A DNA stretch of 64,000 nucleotides from the NCBI GenBank assembly GCA_964016885.1, contig OZ024741.1, forward strand, positions 22,754,001 to 22,818,000, in the 5' to 3' direction. The notes under the pieces were generated by a model that searched no databases, was not told where the DNA came from, and saw only the letters and a list, made by a program, of their open reading frames with translations. Position 1 is the stretch's first letter, and every line of letters starts with the position of its first letter. Both the position numbers and the translations under genes were made by a program. This DNA comes from Eledone cirrhosa. Its lineage: Eukaryota. Shown here in pieces: positions 51,822 through 64,000 of the stretch.

Positions 51822-51948
51822 ACGTAATGGATGCTCTCTTCGAAAATCCAACCATCTTCGCAAAGTTGATTGTAAACAAGACATAGATTCGTCAAAGCAC
51901 TGGCACAGTTCAGACACGGTAAGTAAATGGGTAATGACAGGAGTCGGA
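51822..51948 (-). CDS. FAM134/RETREG-family reticulophagy receptor, internal exon (upstream exons lie beyond the window)
   Basis: Hand translation PTPVITHLLTVSELCQCFDESMSCLQSTLRRWLDFRREHPLR resembles the RHD linker helix of FAM134; TAG acceptor and GTGAGT donor; 127 nt. Confidence 0.85.
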
Positions 51949-52006
51949 CTAGATATTTAAATAAAACAACAGAAATTACAGATTTTATACTGAAATATAT
52001 AAAACA

Positions 52007-55000
52007 GGGTTGGCTAGAATAGACTGACAGTAATAACAATATATAGGGGCTGGCTAGATAGACTGTGACAGTAATAACAATATATAGGGGCTGGCTAGAA
52101 TAGACTGTGACAGTAATAACAATATATAGGGGCTGGCTAGAATAGACTGAGACAGTAATAACAATATATAGACTAAGGTCCTTATAAGTAGACGAGAAAA
52201 CAGAACCCAGATCCCCTCAGGGAAATGGCCTTGCTCAGTATGTAGGAAAGGTGTAGGTAGGAACTCCATTCTCTGCCCCAAATGCAAACAATGGGTACAC
52301 AAGAGATGTAGCGGGATCTCAGGAAGCTTAATTAAGAATGTAGGATTCACATGCAGCAGCTGTGCTGAAACAGCAAGCAAACAGCCACAGGAAACAAGTA
52401 CCACCAATCTCTGGGAGGGCCCTGTAGAAACAGTAGACAGCTTCTGCTACCTAGGTGACCGAATTAGCAACGGAGGTGGGTGCTCAGAAAGTACAATAAC
52501 TAGGGTAAGAACGGGATGGAAGAAGTTTAGGGAACTACTACCACTGCTAGCTGCAAAAGGCTTCTCCCTCAGAATGAAAGGCAGACTGTATGATGCGTGT
52601 ATCCGAACAGCGATGTTGCATGGTAGTGAGACCTGGGCGCTGAAGGTGGAAGACTTACGTAGATTAGAGAGAAACGAAGCCTGCATGCTCCGATGGATGT
52701 GTAACAGTAATATACGTGAACGACAAAGCATAAAGGAATTGAGAGAGAGACTGAGCATAAGAGGAATCAAATGCTGCGTGCAGGAGAGGCGGTTACGCTG
52801 GTATGGACATGTGATGCGTATGAAGGATGACAGCTGCATAAAAAGGTGCAGAGCACTAGAAGTTGATGGAAACCGCGGAGTGGGGAGACCCAAGATGACT
52901 TGGGATGAGGTGATAAAAGCCGACCTTACCCAACTACACCTCTCAAAGTCAATGACACACGACCGTGACTTCTGGCGTCACGCAGTAATACAGGGTACCC
53001 GACCTCCCATGGGTACATGCTGAAGCATATAAACAATATGCCCCCCCCCCCCCCACCGCAAGGTGGTCGTGGAGGTGCCACGGCAAAAAAGCACCCAGCC
53101 CACACTGTAAAGTGGACGTGTAGGCGCCACAAAAAAGCGCCCAGCACTCACTGTAAATGAGGTTGGTGTTAGGAAGGGCATCCAGCTGTAGAGATCAAGC
53201 CAGATCAGTTCCTGTATGAGCAAGGCATGGTCAGCCGACCAGACACTGCCCACAACAGGACAACCCGTCTAACCCATGCTAGCGTGGAAGAACGGACGTA
53301 AAACGGTGATGATGATAGGGGCTGGCTAGAATAGACTGACAGTAATAACAATATATAGGGGCTGGCTAGAATAGACTGAGACAGTAATAACAATATATAG
53401 GGGCTGGCTAGAATAGACTGTGACAGTAATAACAATATATAGGGGTTGGCTAGAATAGACTGTGACAGTAATAACAATATATAGGGGCTGGCTAGATAGA
53501 CTGCGACAGTAATAACAATATATAGGGGCTGGCTAGATAGACTGAGACAGTAATAAGAATATATAGGGGCTGGCAAGAATAGAATGACAGTAATAACAAT
53601 ATATAGGGGCTGGCTAGAATAGACTGTGACAGTAATAACAATATATAGGGGTTGGCTAGAATAGACTGTGACAGTAATAACAATATATAGGGGCTGGCTA
53701 GATAGACTGAGACAGTAATAACAATATATAGGGGCTGGCTAGATAGACTGAGACAGTAATAACAATATATAGGGGCTGGCTAGATAGACTGAGACAGTAA
53801 TAACAATATATAGGGGTTGGCTAGAATAGACTGTGACAGTAATAACAATATATAGGGGTTGGCTAGAATAGACTGTGACAGTAATAACAATATATAGGGG
53901 TTGGCTAGAATAGACTGTGACAGTAATAACAATATATAGGGGTTGGCTAGAATAGACTGTGACAGTAATAACAATATATAGGGGCTGGCTAGATAGACTG
54001 AGACAGTAATAACAATATATAGGGGCTGGCTAGATAGACTGAGACAGTAATAACAATATATAGGGGCTGGCTAGATAGACTGAGACAGTAATAACAATAT
54101 ATAGGGGTTGGCTAGAATAGACTGTGACAGTAATAACAATATATAGGGGCTGGCTAGAATAGACTGACAGTAATAACAATATATAGGGGCTGGCTAGAAT
54201 AGACTGAGACAGTAATAACAATATATAGGGGCTGGCTAGAATAGACTGTGACAGTAATAACAATATATAGGAGCTGGCTAGAATAGACTGACAGTAATAA
54301 CAATATATAGGGGCTGGCTAGAATAGACTGACAGTAATAACAATATATAGGGGCTGGCTAGAATAGACTGACAGTAATAACAATATATAGGGGCTGGCTA
54401 GAATAGACTGTGACAGTAATAACAATATATCGGGGCTGGCTAGAATAGACTGACAGTAATAACAATATATAGGGGCTGGCTAGAATAGACTGACAGTAAT
54501 AACAATATATAGGGGCTGGCTAGAATAGACTATGACAGTAATAACAATATATAGGGGTTGGCTAGATAGACTGACAGTAATAACAATATATAGGGGCTGG
54601 CTAGAATAGACTGACAGTAATAACAATATATAGGGGTTGGCTAGAATAGACTGTGACAGTAATAACAATATATAGGGGTTGGCTAGAATAGACTGACAGT
54701 AATAACAATATATAGGGGCTGGTTAGAATAGACTGACAGTAATAACAATATATAGGGGCTGGCTAGAATAGACTGACAGTAATAACAATATATAGGGGCT
54801 GGCTAGAATAGACTGTGACAGTAATAACAATATATAGGGGCTGGCTAGAATAGACTGTGACAGTAATAACAATATATAGGGGCTGGCTAGAATAGACTGA
54901 GACAGTAATAACAATATATAGGGGCTGGCTAGAATAGACTGTGACAGTGATAACAATATATAGGGGCTGGCTAGAATAGACTGTGACAGTAATAACAATA

Positions 55001-58000
55001 TATAGGGGTTGGCTAGAATAGACTGTGACAGTAATAACAATATATAGGGGCTGGCTAGAATAGACTGTGACAGTGATAACAATATATAGAGGCTGGCTAG
55101 AATAGACTGTGACAGTAATAACAATATATAGGGGCTGGCTAGAATAGACTGTGACAGTAATAACAATATATAGGGGTTGGCTAGAATAGACTGTGACAGT
55201 AATAACAATATATAGGGGCTGGCTAGAATAGACTGACAGTAATAACAATATATAGGGGCTGGCTAGAATAGACTGTGACAGTAATAACAATATATAGGGG
55301 CAGGCTAGAATAGACTGTGACAGTAATAACAATATATAGGGGTTGGCTAGACTAGACTGTGACAGAAATAACAATATATAGGGGTTGGCTAGAATAGACT
55401 GTGACAGTAATAACAATATATAGGGGCTGGCTAGAATAGACTGACAGTAATAACAATATATAGGAGCTGGCTAGAATAGACTGACAGTAATAACAATATA
55501 TAGGGGCTGGCTAGAATAGACTGACAGTAATAACAATATATAGGGGCTGGCTAGAATAGACTGAGACAGTAATAACAATATATAGGGGCTGGCTAGAATA
55601 GACTGTGACAGTAATAACAATATATCGGGGCTGGCTAGAATAGACTGACAGTAATAACAATATATAGGGGCTGGCTAGAATAGACTGACAGTAATAACAA
55701 TATATAGGGGATGGCTAGAATAGACTGTGACAGTAATAACAATATATAGGGGCTGGCTAGAATAGACTGTGACAGTAATAACAATATATAGGGGCTGGCT
55801 AGAATAGACTGAGACAGTAATAACAATATATAGGGGCTGGCTAGAATAGACTGTGACAGTAATAACAATATATAGGAGCTGGCTAGAATAGACTGACAGT
55901 AATAACAATATATAGGGGCTGGCTAGAATAGACTGTGACAGTAATAACAATATATAGGGGCTGGCTAGAATAGACTGACAGTAATAACAATATATAGGAG
56001 CTGGCTAGAATAGACTGACAGTAATAACAATATATAGGGGCTGGCTAGAATAGACTGTGACAGTAATAACAATATATAGGAGCTGGCTAGAATAGACTGT
56101 GACAGTGATAACAATATATAGGGGCTGGCTAGAATAGACTGTGACAGTGATAACAATATATAGGGGCTGGCTAGAATAGACTGTGACAGTAATAACAATA
56201 TATAGGAGCTGGCTATAATAGACTGACAGTAATAACAATATATAGGGGCTGGCTAGAATAGACTGTGACAGTGATAACAATATATAGGGGTTGGCTAGAT
56301 AGACTGTGACAGTCATAACAATATATAGGGGCTGGCTAGAATAGACTGTGACAGTAATAACAATATATAGGGGTTGGCTAGAATAGACTGTGACAGTAAT
56401 AACAATATATAGGGGCTGGCTAGAATAGACTGACAGTAATAACAATATATAGGAGCTGGCTAGAATAGACTGACAGTAATAACAATATATAGGGGCTGGC
56501 TAGAATAGACTGACAGTAATAACAATATATAGGGGCTGGCTAGAATAGACTGAGACAGTAATAACAATATATAGGGGCTGGCTAGAATAGACTGTGACAG
56601 TAATAACAATATATAGGAGCTGGCTAGAATAGACTGTGACAGTAATAACAATATATAGGGGCTGGCTAGAATAGACTGACAGTAATAACAATATATAGGG
56701 GCTGGCTAGAATAGACTGACAGTAATAACAATATATAGGGGCTGGCTAGAATAGACTGTGACAGTAATAACAATATATCGGGGCTGGCTAGAATAGACTG
56801 ACAGTAATAACAATATATAGGGGCTGGCTAGAATAGACTGACAGTAATAACAATATATAGGGGCTGGCTAGAATAGACTGTGACAGTAATAACAATATAT
56901 AGGGGTTGGCTAGATAGACTGACAGTAATAACAATATATAGGGGCTGGCTAGAATAGACTGACAGTAATAACAATATATAGGGGTTGGCTAGAATAGACT
57001 GTGACAGTAATAACAATATATAGGGGTTGGCTAGAATAGACTGACAGTAATAACAATATATAGGGGCTGGTTAGAATAGACTGACAGTAATAACAATATA
57101 TAGGGGCTGGCTAGAATAGACTGACAGTAATAACAATATATAGGGGCTGGCTAGAATAGACTGTGACAGTAATAACAATATATAGGGGCTGGCTAGAATA
57201 GACTGTGACAGTAATAACAATATATAGGGGCTGGCTAGAATAGACTGAGACAGTAATAACAATATATAGGGGCTGGCTAGAATAGACTGTGACAGTGATA
57301 ACAATATATAGGGGCTGGCTAGAATAGACTGTGACAGTAATAACAATATATAGGGGTTGGCTAGAATAGACTGTGACAGTAATAACAATATATAGGGGCT
57401 GGCTAGAATAGACTGTGACAGTGATAACAATATATAGAGGCTGGCTAGAATAGACTGTGACAGTAATAACAATATATAGGGGCTGGCTAGAATAGACTGT
57501 GACAGTAATAACAATATATAGGGGTTGGCTAGAATAGACTGTGACAGTAATAACAATATATAGGGGCTGGCTAGAATAGACTGACAGTAATAACAATATA
57601 TAGGGGCTGGCTAGAATAGACTGTGACAGTAATAACAATATATAGGGGCAGGCTAGAATAGACTGTGACAGTAATAACAATATATAGGGGTTGGCTAGAC
57701 TAGACTGTGACAGAAATAACAATATATAGGGGTTGGCTAGAATAGACTGTGACAGTAATAACAATATATAGGGGCTGGCTAGAATAGACTGTGACAGTAA
57801 TAACAATATATAGGGGTTGGCTAGATAGACTGACAGTAATAACAATATATAGGAGCTGTCTAGAATAGACTGACAGTAATAACAATATATAGGGGCTGGC
57901 TAGAATAGACTGACAGTAATAACAATATATAGGGGCTGGCTAGAATAGACTGAGACAGTAATAACAATATATAGGGGCTGGCTAGAATAGACTGTGACAG

Positions 58001-61000
58001 TAATAACAATATATCGGGGCTGGCTAGAATAGACTGACAGTAATAACAATATATAGGGGCTGGCTAGAATAGACTGACAGTAATAACAATATATAGGGGA
58101 TGGCTAGAATAGACTGTGACAGTAATAACAATATATAGGGGCTGGCTAGAATAGACTGTGACAGTAAAAACAATATATAGGGGCTGGCTAGAATAGACTG
58201 AGACAGTAATAACAATATATAGGGGCTGGCTAGAATAGACTGTGACAGTAATAACAATATATAGGAGCTGGCTAGAATAGACTGACAGTAATAACAATAT
58301 ATAGGGGCTGGCTAGAATAGACTGTGACAGTAATAACAATATATAGGGGCTGGCTAGAATAGACTGACAGTAATAACAATATATAGGAGCTGGCTAGAAT
58401 AGACTGACAGTAATAACAATATATAGGGGCTGGCTAGAATAGACTGTGACAGTAATAACAATATATAGGAGCTGGCTAGAATAGACTGTGACAGTGATAA
58501 CAATATATAGGGGCTGGCTAGAATAGACTGTGACAGTGATAACAATATATAGGGGCTGGCGAGAATAGACTGTGACAGTAATAACAATATATAGGAGCTG
58601 GCTATAATAGACTGACAGTAATAACAATATATAGGGGCTGGCTAGAATAGACTGTGACAGTGATAACAATATATAGGGGTTGGCTAGATAGACTGTGACA
58701 GTCATAACAATATATAGGGGCTGGCTAGAATAGACTGTGACAGTAATAACAATATATAGGGGTTGGCTAGATAGACTGTGACAGTCATAACAATATATAG
58801 GGGCTGGCTAGAATAGACTGTGACAGTAATAACAATATATAGGAGCTGGCTAGAATAGACTGACAGTAATAACAATATATAGGAGCTGGCTAGAATAGAC
58901 TGACAGTAATAACAATATATAGGGGCTGGCTAGAATAGACTGACAGTAATAACAATATATAGGGGCTGGCTAGAATAGACTGTGACAGTAATAACAATAT
59001 ATAGGAGCTGGCTAGAATAGACTGTGACAGTGATAACAATATATAGGGGCTGGCTAGAATAGACTGTGACAGTGATAACAATATATAGGGGCTGGCTAGA
59101 ATAGACTGTGACAGTAATAACAATATATAGGAGCTGGCTATAATAGACTGACAGTAATAACAATATATAGGGGCTGGCTAGAATAGACTGTGACAGTGAT
59201 AACAATATATAGGGGTTGGCTAGATAGACTGTGACAGTCATAACAATATATAGGGGCTGGCTAGAATAGACTGTGACAGTAATAACAATATATAGGGGTT
59301 GGCTAGATAGACTGTGACAGTCATAACAATATATAGGGGCTGGCTAGAATAGACTGTGACAGTAATAACAATATATAGGGGTTGGCTAGAATAGACTGTG
59401 ACAGTAATAACAATATATAGGGGCTGGCTAGAATAGACTGAGAGTAATAACAATATATAGGGGCTGGCTAGAATAGACTGACAGTAATAACAATATATAG
59501 GGGTTGGCTAGAATAGACTGTGACAGTAATAACAATATATAGGGGCTGGCTAGAATAGACTGTGACAGTAATAACAATATATAGGGGCTGGCTAGAATAG
59601 ACTGTGACAGTAATAACAATATATAGGGGCTGGCTAGAATAGACTGTGACAGTAATAACAATATATAGGGGCTGGCTAGAATAGACTGAGACAGTAATAA
59701 CAATATATAGGGGTTGGCTAGAATAGACTGTGACAGTGATAACAATATATAGGGGCTGGCTAGAATAGACTGTGACAGTAATAACAATATATAGGGGTTG
59801 GCTAGAATAGACTGACAGTAATAACAATATATAGGGGCTGGCTAGAATAGACTGACAGTAATAACAATATATAGGGGCTGGCTACAATAGACTGTGACAG
59901 TAATAACAATATATAGGGGCTGGCTAGAATAGACTGACAGTAATAAAAATATATAGGGGCTGGCTACAATAGACTGTGACAGTAATAACAACATATAGGG
60001 GCTGGCTAGAATAGACTGACAGTAATAACAATATATAGGGGCTGGCTAGAATAGACTGTGACAGTAATAACAGTATATAGGGGCTGGGTAGAATAGACTG
60101 TGACAGTAATAACAATATATAGGGGCTGGCTAGAATAGACTGAGACAGTAATAACAATATATAGGGGCTGGCTAGAATAGACTGTGACAGTGATAATATA
60201 TAGGGGCTGGCTAGAATAGACTGTGACAGTAATAACAATATATAGGGGCTGGCTAGAATAGACTGTGAGAGTAATAACAATATATAGGGGCTGGCTAGAA
60301 TAGACTGTGACAGTAATAACAATATATAGGGGCTGGCTAGAATAGACTGACAGTAACAATATATAGGAGCTGGCTAGAATAGACTGACAGTAATAACAAT
60401 ATATAGGGGCTGGCTAGAATAGACTGACAGTAATAACAATATATAGGGGCTGGCTAGAATAGACTGTGACAGTAATAACAATATATAGGAGCTGGCTAGA
60501 ATAGACTGTGACAGTGATAACAATATATAGGGGCTGGCTAGAATAGACTGTGACAGTGATAACAATATATAGGGGCTGGCTAGAATAGACTGTGACAGTA
60601 ATAACAATATATAGGAGCTGGCTATAATAGACTGACAGTAATAACAATATATAGGGGCTGGCTAGAATAGACTGTGACAGTGATAACAATATATAGGGGT
60701 TGGCTAGATAGACTGTGACAGTCATAACAATATATAGGGGCTGGCTAGAATAGACTGTGACAGTAATAACAATATATAGGGGTTGGCTAGATAGACTGTG
60801 ACAGTCATAACAATATATAGGGGCTGGCTAGAATAGACTGTGACAGTAATAACAATATATAGGGGTTGGCTAGAATAGACTGTGACAGTAATAACAATAT
60901 ATAGGGGCTGGCTAGAATAGACTGAGAGTAATAACAATATATAGGGGCTGGCTAGAATAGACTGACAGTAATAACAATATATAGGGGTTGGCTAGAATAG

Positions 61001-64000
61001 ACTGTGACAGTAATAACAATATATAGGGGCTGGCTAGAATAGACTGTGACAGTAATAACAATATATAGGGGCTGGCTAGAATAGACTGTGACAGTAATAA
61101 CAATATATAGGGGCTGGCTAGAATAGACTGTGACAGTAATAACAATATATAGGGGCTGGCTAGAATAGACTGAGACAGTAATAACAATATATAGGGGTTG
61201 GCTAGAATAGACTGTGACAGTGATAACAATATATAGGGGCTGGCTAGAATAGACTGTGACAGTAATAACAATATATAGGGGTTGGCTAGAATAGACTGAC
61301 AGTAATAACAATATATAGGGGCTGGCTAGAATAGACTGACAGTAATAACAATATATAGGGGCTGGCTACAATAGACTGTGACAGTAATAACAATATATAG
61401 GGGCTGGCTAGAATAGACTGACAGTAATAACAATATATAGGGGCTGGCTAGAATAGACTGACAGTAATAACAATATATAGGGGCTGGCTAGAATAGACTG
61501 TGACAGTAATAACAGTATATAGGGGCTGGGTAGAATAGACTGTGACAGTAATAACAATATATAGGGGCTGGCTAGAATAGACTGTGACAGTGATAATATA
61601 TAGGGGCTGGCTAGAATAGACTGTGACAGTAATAACAATATATAGGGGCTGGCTAGAATAGACTGTGAGAGTAATAACAATATATAGGGGTTGGCTAGAA
61701 TAGACTGTGACAGTAATAACAATATATAGGGGTTGGCTAGAATAGACTGTGACAGTAATAACAATATATAGGGGTTGGCTAGAATAGACTGTGACAGTAA
61801 TAACAATATATAGGGGCTGGCTAGAATAGACTGTGACAGTGATAACAATATATAGGGGCTGGCTAGAATAGACTGTGACAGTAATAACAATATATAGGGG
61901 CTGGCTAGAATAGACTGTGACAGTAATAACAATATATAGGGGCTGGCTAGAATAGACTGTGACAGTAATAACAATATATAGGGGCTGGCTAGAATAGACT
62001 GACAGTAATAACAATATATAGGAGCTGGCTAGAATAGACTGACAGTAATAACAATATATAGGGGCTGGCTAGAATAGACTGACAGTAATAACAATATATA
62101 GGGGCTGGCTAGAATAGACTGTGACAGTAATAACAATATATAGGAGCTGGCTAGAATAGACTGTGACAGTGATAACAATATATAGGGGCTGGCTAGAATA
62201 GACTGTGACAGTGATAACAATATATAGGGGCTGGCTAGAATAGACTGTGACAGTAATAACAATATATAGGAGCTGGCTATAATAGACTGACAGTAATAAC
62301 AATATATAGGGGCTGGCTAGAATAGACTGTGACAGTGATAACAATATATAGGGGTTGGCTAGATAGACTGTGACAGTCATAACAATATATAGGGGCTGGC
62401 TAGAATAGACTGTGACAGTAATAACAATATATAGGGGTTGGCTAGAATAGACTGTGACAGTAATAACAATATATAGGGGCTGGCTAGAATAGACTGAGAG
62501 TAATAACAATATATAGGGGCTGGCTAGAATAGACTGACAGTAATAACAATATATAGGGGTTGGCTAGAATAGACTGTGACAGTAATAACAATATATAGGG
62601 GCTGGCTAGAATAGACTGTGACAGTAATAACAATATATAGGGGCTGGCTAGAATAGACTGTGACAGTAATAACAATATATAGGGGCTGGCTAGAATAGAC
62701 TGAGACAGTAATAACAATATATAGGGGTTGGCTAGAATAGACTGTGACAGTGATAACAATATATAGGGGCTGGCTAGAATAGACTGTGACAGTAATAACA
62801 ATATATAGGGGTTGGCTAGAATAGACTGACAGTAATAACAATATATAGGGGCTGGCTAGAATAGACTGACAGTAATAACAATATATAGGGGCTGGCTACA
62901 ATAGACTGTGACAGTAATAACAATATATAGGGACTGGCTAGAATAGACTGACAGTAATAACAATATATAGGGGCTGGCTAGAATAGACTGACAGTAATAA
63001 CAATATATAGGGGCTGGCTAGAATAGACTGTGACAGTAATAACAGTATATAGGGGCTGGGTAGAATAGACTGTGACAGTAATAACAATATATAGGGGCTG
63101 GCTAGAATAGACTGAGACAGTAATAACAATATATAGGGGCTGGCTAGAATAGACTGTGACAGTGATAATATATAGGGGCTGGCTAGAATAGACTGTGACA
63201 GTAATAACAATATATAGGGGCTGGCTAGAATAGACTGTGAGAGTAATAACAATATATAGGGGTTGGCTAGAATAGACTGTGACAGTAATAACAATATATA
63301 GGGGTTGGCTAGAATAGACTGTGACAGTAATAACAATATATAGGGGTTGGCTAGAATAGACTGTGACAGTAATAACAATATATAGGGGCTGGCTAGAATA
63401 GACTGTGACAGTGATAACAATATATAGGGGCTGGCTAGAATAGACTGTGACAGTAATAACAATGTATAGGGGCTGGCTAGAATAGACTGTGACAGTAATA
63501 ACAATATATAGGGGCTGGCTAGAATAGACTGTGACAGTAATAACAATATATAGGGGCTGGCTAGAATAGACTGACAGTAATAACAATATATAGGAGCTGG
63601 CTAGAATAGACTGACAGTAATAACAATATATAGGGGCTGGCTAGAATAGACTGACAGTAATAACAATATATAGGGGCTGGCTAGAATAGACTGTGACAGT
63701 AATAACAATATATAGGAGCTGGCTAGAATAGACTGTGACAGTGATAACAATATATAGGGGCTGGCTAGAATAGACTGTGACAGTGATAACAATATATAGG
63801 GGCTGGCTAGAATAGACTGTGACAGTAATAACAATATATAGGAGCTGGCTATAATAGACTGACAGTAATAACAATATATAGGGGCTGGCTAGAATAGACT
63901 GTGACAGTGATAACAATATATAGGGGTTGGCTAGATAGACTGTGACAGTCATAACAATATATAGGGGCTGGCTAGAATAGACTGTGACAGTAATAACAAT
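52007..64000. repeat. 40-42-bp satellite of roughly 260 units, running off the window, inside a RETREG intron
   Basis: Unit GGGGCTGGCTAGAATAGACT(GT)GACAGTAATAACAATATATA; interrupted by the RTE at 52171-53315. Confidence 0.98.
52171..53315 (+). mobile_element. 5'-truncated RTE LINE inserted into the 42-bp satellite
   Basis: Same family as 10375-12203, with an open C-terminal frame, 3'UTR and (GAT)n tail; flanked by satellite units on both sides. Confidence 0.93.

Noticed and set aside
51818-52039. ORF-track proteins at 51818-52039 and 48846-49037
   Set aside because: They overlap real RETREG exons in the wrong frame; splice phases and family motifs support the other frames.
53205-63952. Many LLLLSQSILASPYI / VITVTVYSSQPLYI ORFs
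   Set aside because: Translations of a 42-bp unit, constantly frameshifted by 40- and 41-bp monomers; no coding constraint.

Overview
AT-rich, repeat-dense animal genomic DNA; the SINE/RTE repertoire suggests an octopus-like coleoid cephalopod (inference). Three spliced genes were reconstructed by hand with consistent GT-AG sites and phases. (1) PIGG is complete: 13 coding exons, minus strand, 32622 to 3255, 981 aa. (2) RPL37A is complete: 4 coding exons, plus strand, 32883 to 36918, 92 aa, head-to-head with PIGG across about 260 bp that includes a TCT/5'TOP motif. (3) The last five coding exons of a FAM134/RETREG ER-phagy receptor lie on the minus strand (51948 to 44410) and end in a DDFEFL LIR motif. 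Introns are filled with CR1-like, RTE and CRE LINE remnants, tRNA-derived SINEs, piggyBac/Tc1/hAT MITEs and large satellites (62-bp x ~85, 42-bp over >10 kb, 73-bp x ~17). The signals least explained by these features are: structured elements in the RPL37A introns (two candidate poison exons and an H/ACA-like RNA); a ~280-nt multi-helix element containing a histone-type stem-loop with no histone gene; a satellite whose unit reads as a complete 62-nt intron; and several long fold-back palindromes. All structures and targets were inferred by eye, and repeat boundaries are approximate.
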